Below are positions 37,698 through 49,932 of a stretch of DNA of 64,000 nucleotides, in pieces (position 1 is the first letter of the stretch; every line of letters starts with the position of its first letter). The notes beneath the pieces were generated by a model. That model ran no database searches. It was not told the origin of the DNA and worked only from the letters and a program-made list of their open reading frames with translations. The translations under genes were made by a program, and so were the position numbers. The stretch is from Leucoraja ocellata (lineage: Eukaryota). The DNA is taken from contig JAWMAR010000082.1 in the NCBI GenBank assembly GCA_036785375.1, positions 3,038,001 to 3,102,000 of the forward strand. The letters run 5' to 3'.

Positions 37698-38689
37698 CGC
37701 TTTCACATCCCCTTCCCAGAGATGACCCCATGTACTCTTAACTCTACCTCACGTAGTCATTCCATTATTCTACTTTAATAAAGTTTTGCACTACTTCCAA
37801 TTGCACTACAACTTTGTACCGTTCTGCTGTTTTGCACCCATCATTGTATTCATCGTTACCGTATGTACACGGTATGTATACGGTTCACTCTGTGAGCTTT
37901 ATGTGAACAAGGAATTTCATTGCACCCTGGTGTATATGACAACAAACTATCTGAATCGGTTTAAAAGTTTTGCACCTACGACTGGTTACAAGACTATAAA
38001 AAGTTAGTAAAAGACCTCCGGGACCAAAAGCAGTCTCCAGGAGAATAAAGCCTCAGTGTCCCCTTTTAGATATTAATACAAGATCAGTTCACAGGTCTTG
38101 CCAAAGGACTGCATACTACATGTGACTACAACGCCAACAGTAAGCAGCTTGTTTATCTGACTTCCAGGCAGAAGTACTCAAACTATAAATAGACTGGATC
38201 AGTTCCAATGCTCAGGCATTTAACAAAGCTGTAAAGGTAAAAGGGCCTGAAATGATTTACAGAAGAGTCCTTGAGCCTTCATTACCAACATAACTATCAA
38301 ACATTTAAAAAAACACATTTTCACTAGAAAATTCATATGCATTCAGAAAAAGTAAAGTGCCTGACCCGCTTTGAAGATACCATCAAGAATATTTAAGATA
38401 AATGTGGAAGGATAAAACAAGCCTTAAATGACTCAGGAGCCTCATCATTTGTTTTGACATGCGATGCATAAAGTTTCATTGGTCACAACAGGTCTTAATT
38501 GTTGACATTAAATTGTGTGTCAGTTAATGCAAGATATGGATCTGGCCAATAAATGGCCAAGCCCAGCTTCAGTGAACATATGATGAATCCTGCTGCATTG
38601 AAAAGGTAAGTTTGGAAACACGGATATTGCAGTCTGTGCAGGACTAATACCGATCTAGTGCAGTGCTTAGTTAGACAATGACAATGACA

Positions 38690-38920
38690 CCTCCTCCTTG
38701 CTGGCCATTCACACAGGGCACCTCGGGGCTGTGTGCTCATCCCCTGCTTGACCCTCTGCGCACCTATGAGTGTGTAGCCAGACACTAACTTAGAAGACCT
38801 GTTAACATATCGTATATTTATTTTTCACTTTTAATGTGGCTGTAAAGCGGCATCAGGGAAGAATGTAATTGTTTCAGTTCATGTCCAGTGCACACGACAA
38901 ATATGCACTCTTAACTTGAC
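38690..38920 (+). mobile_element. Internally deleted Rex1 remnant
   Basis: 'cacagggcacctcggggctgtgtgctcatcccctgctt' ([11 protein letters not shown]-like) joined directly to 3' UTR-like sequence. Confidence 0.5.
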
Positions 38921-40409
38921 TATTTAACCATCCCCAGGAGAGATGGAACATTTGTGTAATGCAGCTGCAACATGAAAAATAAATGTGGGCATTTACTTTA
39001 GATATCCTCCTTCCTACAATACCTTTTTAAGGTTTAAAGTTTTAAACTTTCGGCATGACAAAAATCATCTCAAGTTAAATTCATAGCTGTGTTTTAGATT
39101 GTCGCTTACCTAAGCTACAGAAGAAGTTTGAGGCACCATTGAGTGTGGGTAGGATGGAAAGAGGGGAAGGTCACATGGATGTAGAAAGCTTGGTAAATCA
39201 GGTCACCAATCGGCCTGGTGCAGAATTTCTTCTATTTTTGTCATTTTTTAATGAGTGAGATATTAATTTTTAGTTTGATTCACCAATACTGAACACTCAC
39301 TGCATACCTCCATGATGTTCATGGAATTATTAGTTCCATTAACATTATCATAGTGAAGGTAAAGTTTATGACATGCAGGGTGCATTTTGGTTGCAATTAG
39401 TTTTTGGTTGCATTTAGATAGCACTGGATAAGGACTCAATCCTGCCGTTTCTTGACCCATATGACTCAAGTCTCACAAATTCAAGTCTCACAAAAGCCAT
39501 GTGCACCTTCTATTTTCTGAAGAATTAACTGTATTTTCAGAGAAGAGGGTCACTCTGTCAATCCCCCAGTGTGAGACACAGTGCAAGAATAAAATAAACA
39601 GCAAAAGGCCACAACCTACTTTCATAATAAACCACCTCATATCAATGAAGGTGCACCAGGCTAATGCACAAGGTTGTTATAATAAGTCTTTGAACCCATG
39701 CTGGGAATGAGGAGAGGAATTCGGTCTTCCTGACCTCAATAACCTGTCCGCAATTCTATTTGTTAAGCACTGGGTAAGGAATGGGTTGGGCTTCATTATT
39801 ACAGTCCCTGTGCTCACATAGTATGCTGTTGCCTGCATGAGATGATGGGGGCAATTCCAGCAGGAAAGCTTCCGACACACCTTTAGATGGCCCACTCTAT
39901 ACCAACTTGGTGCAGAAAATGGGCAGGTGACGTCCTTAACTTTGTGATTAGACAAAGTGACTGGTGTGGAGAAAAAAATAAAATGGAGGGGGCAGGGCAA
40001 AGGGGCAGGAGATGGGGGGGGGGGAAGAAAGAAGTGTAAAAATATTTCGTAATAATCCTTCACTTTATTCAACCTTATAATGGGAAAGAAAATCAGATCT
40101 ATCCGGAATTAAAGCACTAACTCCCTGTAACTTGAGACCCACCTCAGCGTTTGGCCTCATATTAACAAATTAGACCATGTCACAGTAACGTTTTTGAAAG
40201 TCTTCCGACACAAACACGTTTTCCACCTCATATTCATTATAAGTAGCCCCTCTAAATGGACAGCTTCCCACCTTTTTTCATCCCAATTCAGGTGTCAAAT
40301 TGCCATGTAAAGAAAGTCTGTACTCATGCATCATTCCATATTTAGATCAGGAAAGGCACCAGTATGTGGCAGCATCAGGTTACAGATGTGTTATGGATAG
40401 CATTAGGTT

Positions 40410-40915
40410 AGAGTCATGGAGTCATACAGTGGGGAAACGGGCCCTTCGGCCTAACTTGCCCACGCCAACCAACATGCCCCATCTACACTAGTGCTACCTG
40501 CCTGCATTTGGCCCATATCCCGCTAAACCATATCGCTCTAAACCTATCCTATCCGTCAGTGGCGGACTGGATCTAAAAATCTTGGTTGCCAGGAGACAAA
40601 GGGGGCCCACTTCATCAAAGGGGGCCCACCCTGGCCAGTCCGCCACTGCTATCCGTGTACCTGTCTAATGTTTAATTAGACAGGTACACTATTAAATCTC
40701 TCTCTCCCCCCTCACCCCCTCACCTTAAACATATGCCCTCTGGTTCTCAATTCCCCTACTCTGCGTTTAATTGATCTATTCCTCTCATGACTTTATACAC
40801 TTCTATAAGATTAATTCTCATCCTCCTGTGCTCAGAGGAATAAAGTCCTAGCTTGCTCAACTTATTTCTATACCTCAGGCCCTCAAAACCTGGCAATATC
40901 CTCATAATTCTTCTC
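40410..40915 (-). mobile_element. CR1 LINE 3' end containing a hAT MITE
   Basis: gagtcatggagtcatacag...ggcccttcggcctaacttg...; ataagattaattctcatcctcctgtgctc...gctcaac. Confidence 0.8.
40557..40648. mobile_element. hAT-type MITE (92 bp)
   Basis: TIR CAGTGGCGGACTGG / CCAGTCCGCCACTG; perfect 8-bp TSD CTATCCGT. Confidence 0.92.
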
Positions 40916-43900
40916 CAGTTCTCCAGGGCAAGTCCTCAGTGTTACAAATCCAAAATGTGGACTCTTTATTTCCCACAGATTCTGCAATTTTCATCATCGT
41001 GTGTTCTTAAAACTCATGTTGTTACCTTTACCAAATAATCAGTGTACACACTCAGACTTTATTTTGTTTTCTCCTGATCTATTCTTAAAATTGTATTTTA
41101 ACTTTACAACCAATGGAAGATTTGGAGTTTGCAATGTACAATGAGAAACCTACTGCTGAGGTGAGTTGTCCTAGGTAGCAATCTTACTTATCTAATGCAG
41201 AATAACCCAATCTTATTTGCCATTATAGGTGAAGTTAAGGCAGTTATGAGATTTGCACATTTCTTTCCTTTTTTCCTTCCTCGAATCTCCTGCTTCTCTC
41301 AACATAATTTGCATTTTCTCCACTCCAAGGCCCACACTGGGACAACCAAGCTGGCTTTTTGCCAGGCGCAATAGATGTCCTACTGGTCACATACCACTAT
41401 AACCTTAAACCTTCATCTGCTTCTATGTTTCTCCAATTTTCCACATAATATTAAAGCGGTTTTCAACTCCACATTGTACATCGCTAAATCCCTCTGCAAT
41501 CTGACAATTGAAATAAATTTGAGTGCAAATGATGGGGAATCAAGAGCTTAGTTAATTTATTTAATTAAAAAATATACCACTAAACTATGCCTTATATCGG
41601 ATAGAGATAATAACTGGTAATGGTGCAGAGGTTACAGTGAATTAAAAGGTTTCCTCCTACATACCAACATGTAATTTTTGGATGAAATCCATTATAACAC
41701 TTGAATTTAAAGAACTAGGGATGGTTGTACTGGATATTCACAAACATGGTCATAATGGATGGCACTATTTTCAAGATTGAAAGTAAACGTTCATATTATT
41801 ACATGTTTCCACTTCTTTTGAAAATTAAATCAAGTGGAATTTGAATGTCTATTCATATATTTCATCCTTGTTAATGCATAACCCAAAAAATAAACTGAGG
41901 ATTGACAATTGACTCACCATCTGTACAACTAAATATAATCAGTTCACTGTGTGCAAGAAGCTTTTCTTCACTTTAGAAGCAATGAATGCACAGTTAAGTT
42001 AATTTTGTTGAGGACAGTTCCGCGAGTTTCGCAGTAATTGAAGCCTCGCCTCCACTTGCGTAAAATTACCCGCATTTACTCCAGAGTTTCCGTTAATGCA
42101 CTGAGAAGTGAAGCAGCAAACAAATGCACTGTGGTGCACGCTGCCAGCTGCCAGATTGAAGCTACAAGCCCACCCATACAGGCCGGAACAATGTGTTTAT
42201 TACAATCTTGGAATGGATGAACCTCAAATCCCCTGCCAACCTCCAGGCAAAAGCTTCAATTATAATGTAGTTCCCAGTTCTAATGTTATGTAAATTGGAT
42301 GAGTTTAGTAAACCAGCATCCCAAACAGATTGCAGCCAGTGATACCCACCAACTGAAACAGATGATAAAGTTGCTTACTGCATTGTGATATGTTACATGC
42401 ACACTGCCTGCTACGTTTTCTATGCAATAAAAAAGTGGTCAAGCTTCATTGGTTGTAAAGGGCTAGAGATACGTATTTCTTGTTTAAAGATATAAACACC
42501 ACTACACTTTTATTTTAATCTCCACTGAACTCATCTCTGGTACTGGGTAAAGTTGTGACCAAGGTCACCTCTAGCTTCACAGGCCAGGATTCTGATCAGT
42601 ACACTCTTGTTCTCCAGTATCAAGTGCACCACGGTTGGAACTGGTTAAATAGCCGACAGGAAAATAACTTTGCCATTTACATTTCCAGTTTTTGCACGTC
42701 CAATTCACCGTAGTGTTTTGTTACATTTCGTGTCTTTCGTGTCTTATTCTCCATGACAATTCAAATTTCTACTTAATTTAAATATGAATACAGCTGAATT
42801 TTGAAAAGTAGAGTCTTAAGTAATTTGCCAAGAAATATTCATCCCTGAAAACAGGCTTCTGCTGAGCTCAGGTATAAATCTAAACAGGACTCCACTACAA
42901 TGCCAGGATTTAAAACTAATCTTCAGAAAACATTTTACCGTATCAGTGCAGCCCACTCTTTCCAACAGAAAGGAGAAAATTACAGAGCCACCTGCTAATA
43001 GCAGATTAAATTAATTACAGGTTCAATGTGTATCACTGATCACTTAATGATGACCAGCAATCTATTTTTCAATGAAGCTTTAATACCTGATTTTCTAAGT
43101 AGTTATCAGTAAGAGGCTAGCATAACGACAGCACACTTAAAATGGAGATGAGCAGGGGAAGGGGGGGTGGAGGGATTAGTGTGGACAACAGTAGGCCAAT
43201 TTTACAAGTGGATTTCATTGACCAAATGTAACCTGTTTGTGTTCTAGATTCTCACATTGCACTGCTATGGGACAATAACACAGGCTGCCATCATGGATAG
43301 ATAAAGAAAATTAAAAGTGTATCCATTTCTTCCAGATTAATCCTTGCTTGAGTAGTTCCAATAAAATTGTTGATCTTTATAATAGCCAACACAGTGACTC
43401 TTTGGCATTTTCATTTGCGTTTGTTGCCCTCATGTTGGTGTTGGAGCAACTAGGTAAAGACAATCAGACGGCTGCTACCGAGTCAATGATGACTTCTGTC
43501 CGCCCATTTGACTTGCTCTCAAGACCATCCATCACAAACTACATTTCGAACGTGCTGCAGAGACATGCTAACGGCTTTTGTTGCTCCAAGCCGGCCTCTC
43601 ATTTTCTTTCTTTTCACTTCACCCAACATAATCGACTTAAGACAGAGTCAAAGTCATACTGTGCAGAAACTATCCTCTTGGCCCACCATGTACATGCTGA
43701 CCAGCAACTACCTATCTACACTAATTCCATTTATCAGCACCTGGTCCGTAGACTATTAAGCCTTGGTGATTCAAGTTCTCTACTTTATCATTTACCTGCA
43801 TAATTTATACAAAATGGGATGCCATAAGCACCAGCTTTCCATTATTCTCTCACTAAAATGGGTATTTGTCATGCACATTGCTGCACAGCAAGTATCCAAA

Positions 43901-44291
43901 GTGTATTCCTCTGTTTGAGAGATCTTGTGTACCCAGTAGGTTGGTGGTTAGCGGTGCCGTATGCTACTTTTACTGTATGTGCATGAAATCCATTTGACGC
44001 CAACATTGTGATTCAGGGAATCTTACGAGATGCTGTTCTTCTATTTTGAAATTTGTCGCACAGAGATCCCAAGTGTTTTCCCGGTCCTTAGGGAAATCCC
44101 TTGACTTGGAGCTCAGAGTTTGCTGGGAACAGCATGGATGAGTGTAATCACTACCTCAATGCCAGGGAGTGCAAACCTGAGAAAGAATGGCAATATTGGT
44201 TTACCAATTCTTCAAATGATGGAGTTATAGTTGATATACCCTATTGTTTACAAATTTCTTTATTGATATCTGCAATGGTTAATAAATAGTT

Positions 44292-44860
44292 TCCATAGAA
44301 CAAAGTACAGCAGAAGAACAGACCCTTTGGCCCATTATCTGTGCTGATCATGCCAAGACCATCTTCTGTCTACCTGTACATAATCCATAAACTCCATGCA
44401 CATCCTGATGCCTATCCAAACGTTTCTTAACTGGCTTTGTCGTGTCTGCCTTAGACACCAATCCCAGCAGTGTGTTCCAGACACTCCCCGCCCTCTGTAT
44501 AAAAAAAGTTGCCCTGCACATCTCCTTTAAATTTTCCCCCTCTCGCCTTAAAGCTGTATTTGATTTTCCAATTCTGGGGGGGAAATAAAAAAAATAAAAT
44601 CAGACTGTCCAACATATCTAGGGTTCTCATAATGTTATATGCTTCTATCAGGTCTCCACACAACGTTCAGGAATCCAGAGAAAAAAATTAAATCTGTACA
44701 ACCTCTCCCTATAGCTAATACCCCATAATCCAGGCACTGTTTTGGAAAACCTCCCCTGCACCCTTTCCAAAGCATTCACATCCTTCCTGTACTGGGGTGA
44801 CTAGAAATGCACACATAATTCCAAATACGTCCTAACCAAAGTCCTATAAAGTTGTATCGT
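44292..44860 (-). mobile_element. CR1 LINE 3' portion
   Basis: ORF 44451-44663(-) reads GDLIEAYNIMRTLD...SFKARGGKFKGDVQGNFF. Confidence 0.85.
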
Positions 44861-46194
44861 CATTATGTGCTTCATCATGGAGTGATAAGTTTCAAAGACA
44901 GGATTGAGGTGATCTCTGAAGTGCGCCTTCCAACTAGCATTGACCAACTCTCTACCCTTGACGACCTCTCTAAATTCCCGGATCCATGATACTTACTGAA
45001 TCATTGCAGATGTTCATTAAACGCAGCATCCTTGTCTTTAACATTGTTTTCTTGGATGATTTTTGCTAATGATAATGCTCAAGTAACTGAACAAGTGGTG
45101 ACACTTGGTCCATTGTGAGCCAACAAGTCAGCAGTCATTTCACACTGGACACAATTGTGAGAAGCAAAAGGATTAAGGTGTAAATTGAACCGTTGATTCA
45201 GAATTCTGAATCAGTGGGGTGTGAAAATCTTCATGCCCAGTTTCTGACTTGGTGATGAAGCAAGTGAACCAACACTAATTTCCAACATGATTGCAGAGGA
45301 AATTTGGGTCTCCATTCCCCTCCCTCATAAATTCACATTTTTACAAAGTAATTAATAAAACCACAGTCAAAAACAAAAAAAGAGTGAACGACAACAGAAA
45401 TAACTTACCGGTATTCTGTAAATGATTGATTTCTGCAACATTAATCATTCTCTGAAGGCTTACAGGGGAAATCTGAGAAAATGGTGGTCCTGACTCAGAG
45501 ATGCACTCAATAGGAAACACAGACACTACGACTAAATCATGATGTGCCTGACTGATTTCTTCCTTAAATTTCTAATAGACACTCAGTGCTAATAAGAAAG
45601 ATCAGGTTGTAGTTTGTGTGAAGGCCTGAAAATGCTACAAAGCCACGAGGGGCCTCATGTAGCAAGTATTTGATCCACCTCATCTATACAGAGCACAACC
45701 CTTGCCTAAGATCAAGCCACACACTGGTCAGATTTGTGCATAGGGGAGCATGTACAGAGTTGATCCACTGGGTAGAAAGACACATGGACTTTGATAAATG
45801 TATTTAAATGGTCGCTACACCTATTGCAAAAGCTGAAGACAATTAAATAATCCATCACCAGCCCCGTTTTATCCTGGCTTCAAATAAAAACCGCTAAGCT
45901 CTGGCCATCTCCCTAGTTTACAGTTTGCACCAACTAGAGTTGGCAGATAAACACTGGTCAGAAGGGACCAGATTTCCAGCATATGCATAATATGTTATAT
46001 GCACAAAAAGTAAAGAAAATGTATCACTTTGGCCATTTAATTTGCAAACATTGGTGGGAACAAGTGAACCAGGCATATATTTGAGATTACGTTCAATAAT
46101 CCATGAGGAGTAGCAAGGAAAGTTGTTCTGCAATGATTTCTCTTCAGTTCATATTGGCATTAGTGCCAAATAGCAGTAACTATAGTTGTAACTC

Positions 46195-46292
46195 AGCAGG
46201 ACAGGCAGCATCTCTGAATTGAAGGAATGAGTGTTACTCCAGCATTCTGTGTCTATCTTCAGTGTAAACCAGTATCTGCGGTGGCTTCCTAC
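46195..46292. mobile_element. Penelope-derived mini-element with internal inversion; hammerhead motif absent
   Basis: The left half is the antisense module and the right half the sense module; 16-bp TSD ACTATAGTTGTAACTC (46179-46194 and 46293-46308). Confidence 0.8.
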
Positions 46293-47564
46293 ACTATAGT
46301 TGTAACTCTCTTGTAACTCGCCAGTCATCACATCTTTAAAAAAACTTTGCAATAATTTGCTTTGTTGAAAATTTATGAAATTTATGAACTGCTTACATCT
46401 GCATTTACAAATTCCTCTCAACAATAGCCACTGCAATGATCCTCTCCAGAAAACAAATCCTCAAGCAATGCTGAAGGTAGTTGTTCCTTTGTTGAAATTA
46501 CAATGCTATCTATGGTAATAAATAGGAATCGCCATTGCTATAGAGAAAATTACATTTCAGTCCCATTCTTATCTGTAAGTCATTAATTTATGATAAATGA
46601 ATTATTGCAACTACTGCTGAAATTAATGCTATTCATAAAGTAACTAAATAGTTTAGAGTGAAGCTGTGATGATTAAGGAGTTCAATGTTTCTATCAAATT
46701 TTCTCTAAAAACTCATTAAGTGTAAACTACTTCACCCTCTATAAGTGTATAAAACTGTCTTCTCCTTCAGTAATTTATTACACCATAAGACAGCTCATGG
46801 CCTAAACTATTACATGCTTCCAATTAGCTGCTTGCAGCTTTTCTCTGAAAATTTAATGAGATAACACCATATAAAGCTGCTGACTTAAGATACTGTGTAT
46901 AGCTCTAGTATCAAAGCAGGCGTTCAGCAAAACATACTTCAGACCCACTAAGCTGCATTTTGCAACTTCTATTTAAAAATAAATGACATTGAGACCAGCC
47001 GCATCTGTGGTTTAAATGCAAGTCTGCCTTTCTAAAGAGATTATAATGTTTCAAAGAAGGTCAAAGTCAGAAGGAAGCAAAAAGAAAAACAATTAAAACC
47101 ATGCTCCTAAAAAGGAACACTTGTTAATAAGACTTGCTGATAGTACAGCAAGCAGGTTAATCGAGCCTCAATCTGAAGCCTTTAGTCACTTCAGAATTTA
47201 TTTCTTTACAAATTTCATAAAATTTTAATGAGGGTATCAGAATCAAACTCACCAGACCACTATTGTGATTTATTTCAGTGCATCCCCCAAAGAAAACCCT
47301 TCCGAATGAATGGTTTAAAATCGTTAGTGTACCAGAAGCCTAAATGTTGAAAGCCCATGTCCACTCCTGAATATATCTCTCTAAAATTAATTAAACAGCA
47401 CTTTAAGCTTAGATTACTCTATTTTAATTTATTTTCTAGGCGCACACTGACACTATTGAGGTTTTGCTAGATTTAATGGTTTTCTTTAACTCAAATGATC
47501 AGTGGCAATTGTTGCTTTTGCCTCTCCTGAATACTGTAACACATTTGAAGATGCACAGCCAGGC

Positions 47565-48045
47565 AAAACACAAGGAAACAGGAGCAGGTGTAAGCTGCCT
47601 GGCCCCTGCTGCCTGGCTGCCATACCATATGAAGATGGACACAAAAAGCTGGAGTAACTCAGCGGGCCAGACAGCATCTCTGGAGAAAAGGGATAGGTGA
47701 CGTTTCGGGTCAAGGCCCTTCTTCAGACTCCATATGATCATGGCTGATCTACAATGGCCTTAGCTCCTCTTTTGTGGCAGTTCCCCAAAGATCTCCATTC
47801 TATGATCTTTCAAAAATATATCTACCTCCATGTTGAATACTTCTATTGATCTAACATTCGTAACCCTCCGGGACGACGAATTCCAAAGATCTAAAGGAAA
47901 TTTCTTTGCGCCTCCATTTTAAAAGTTCAGTGCCCACCTTGTCCTCTTGTTCAAAACTCTCTCACTTGTAAAAACATCTACCTTGTCATGCCCCATCAAG
48001 AAGTGTCTCAGTAACATCACCCTGCACTGTCTGAACTCCGAAGAT
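47565..48045 (-). mobile_element. Old CR1 3' remnant hosting a Penelope mini-element
   Basis: gaaacaggagcaggtgtaagc...catatgatcatggctgatct...gaattccaaagat. Confidence 0.6.
47633..47729 (-). mobile_element. Penelope-derived mini-element with intact hammerhead core (47696-47729)
   Basis: Reverse complement agtctgaagaagggccttgacccgaaacgtcacc; 8-bp TSD CCATATGA (47625-47632 and 47730-47737). Confidence 0.88.
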
Positions 48046-48117
48046 TTAAATGTGCCTCGATTATGAAGGATCCGCCAAAAATCAGTGTTTAATTAACAAT
48101 AACCCACTGGTAAATGA

Positions 48118-48700
48118 CGCATGATGGCAGCCTCGCCACCAGTCTGTCTCATCCTTTTCTTCTTTAGTTGTTTTTAGCTTGTTGGTACTGTACGTTTTAG
48201 TATATCTTTACTTTTGTATTAAGTGGGGGGGGTGGGGGGAACATTTTAAATCTCTTTCCTTGACGGAGATGCAACTTTTTCCGTATCACATCTTTGCCCG
48301 CGATGCAGCCTAACATGGTGGAGCTGGCGGTCCCTTGTCTGGGATCGACTTCGGGAGCTCCAACCGCTGGCGCCTGCGAACGTAACATCATGGAGCTGGC
48401 GATCCCTTGGTTACGGACCGACTTAGGGAGTTGCAACCGCGGGTGCTTTGACTTCCCCGACGTGGAAGCTTTGATCGCCCCGACTGCGGATGTTTCGACT
48501 GCCCTGACCGCGGGAGAAAAGGAGGGAAGATAACATGTTATTTATTGCCTTCCATCGCAGTGCGCTGTGGTGGATGTTAATTTTAATTTTCATGCAGATG
48601 TGTGTCTTGCTGCTTTTTTGGTATGACTGTATGGCAAATCAAATTCCTTGTATGTCCTTACATACTTGGCTAATAAATTATTTGTATCTTGCATCTTGTT
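48118..48700 (+). mobile_element. CpG-rich non-autonomous retroposon with Rex-type tail
   Basis: 5' 'atgatggcagcctcgcc', an internal ~72-bp tandem duplication, and 3' 'ggcaaatcaaattccttgtatg...catacttggctaataaa...(tcttg)'. A related tail occurs antisense at 53757-53830. Confidence 0.6.
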
Positions 48701-49932
48701 AATAGGGGTTGTGGGGCAAGAAGGGGAGGGGCAAGAAGGGGATGGGGGCAGGTGCACGCTGAATGAAGCACAATGAAAAAAAATCAACAAATTATCAAAC
48801 TTCCTCGGGTATTTCTAGCGGGTGATAAATTGGTACTTTCACTGACCAGCAACATACAATACCACCACAATGGATTTTACGACGTACGGGGTAAAAAATA
48901 TACTTTACCCCATGAAACACTGATGATCTGCTACATACAGTTCTTTCATGCTTATGCAAGTACTGTAAAACCACCTAGGCCTTCAGATTATACCAACACA
49001 CTCATACTATTATTTTCAGTGGCAAGGCCAGCATTTACTAAAAATTACTAACATTTTTTTTTACAATGTGCTGTGCCTCAGAATCATAATGTTATTAAGT
49101 TATTGCAAATTTCCCTTATAATAGGTGGTGGTTTACATTCTCACTAATTATATCCTTCACTTTTTCCAACCTTAGTTTCTGCCTAGCCAGCTATCATTGC
49201 TTGTTGGACCTAGGTAATGCCTTGTACGCACACACTGAAGTGCTTCCCCCCCCCCTTTTTACTACTCCCCAATAAGAGGAAGCGAGAAGAAAGATGATAG
49301 CAGCATTAAAAACCACAGCCAGTAAGTTCGCTCGGCAGATAAAAATAACCATGTTGACTAATTATAGTATCTTCAACATTCAAACCTTAACAAAGCACTT
49401 CAGAAATTGATGCAGGAGGTAAGGAAAGTGAAATGGGTGGGGTGACCCAAGACATTGTGAATGACAGAAGCTTCCAGAAAGTTTCTAAAAGAGAAAAGCC
49501 AGAAGGTATTCCACAAAAGGAGACCTTGAATGACTGAAAACTCTGCAGCAATTAGTTGGGTGAAGGGAACAAAGGTCAGAATAGTGGTGTCGGGACTTCT
49601 CATCTGTTGCAATTTGAACAGCAATACATCAGAAAAAAAGTCTTCATTTGAACTGTACACCACTTACTTTTTATGGAATAGCTTCTGATCAGCACATTTA
49701 GACGAACTGGTGCCCAGACTTCCCTTTTAAGTTGGTATTTAGCTGAGAACACTTCATAATTAACACCACGGCCTTAAAACTGGAAGTAATGCTAAATTGT
49801 GCAGAAAATCAAGAAATCCAAATTGGAGGGGAGGGGAGGGGGAGGATTCATTTGTTTGCTTTTTCACATAAATGTTCTGAGAGCAAATGTTTATTGTGGG
49901 TCCCTGATATTTCAGTGGTGCTTTGTGAATTA

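Larger units (their letters stand above)
36165..37960 (+). pseudogene. Old Rex1/Babar LINE RT (frameshifted) with two nested inserts
   Basis: FANIFNL..CFKKTSIILVPKK, FAYRKNRSMEDTIS..YVRMLFIDCSS, VKFADDTGIVG.INNNDETEYRKEI, KKAQRGLYFLRCLRRF; 3' UTR extends to ~37957. Confidence 0.9.

Noticed and set aside
43348-43803. 151-aa ORF (+)
   Set aside because: Non-ATG start, no homology recognised, and its 3' part runs into an antisense CR1/SINE tail.
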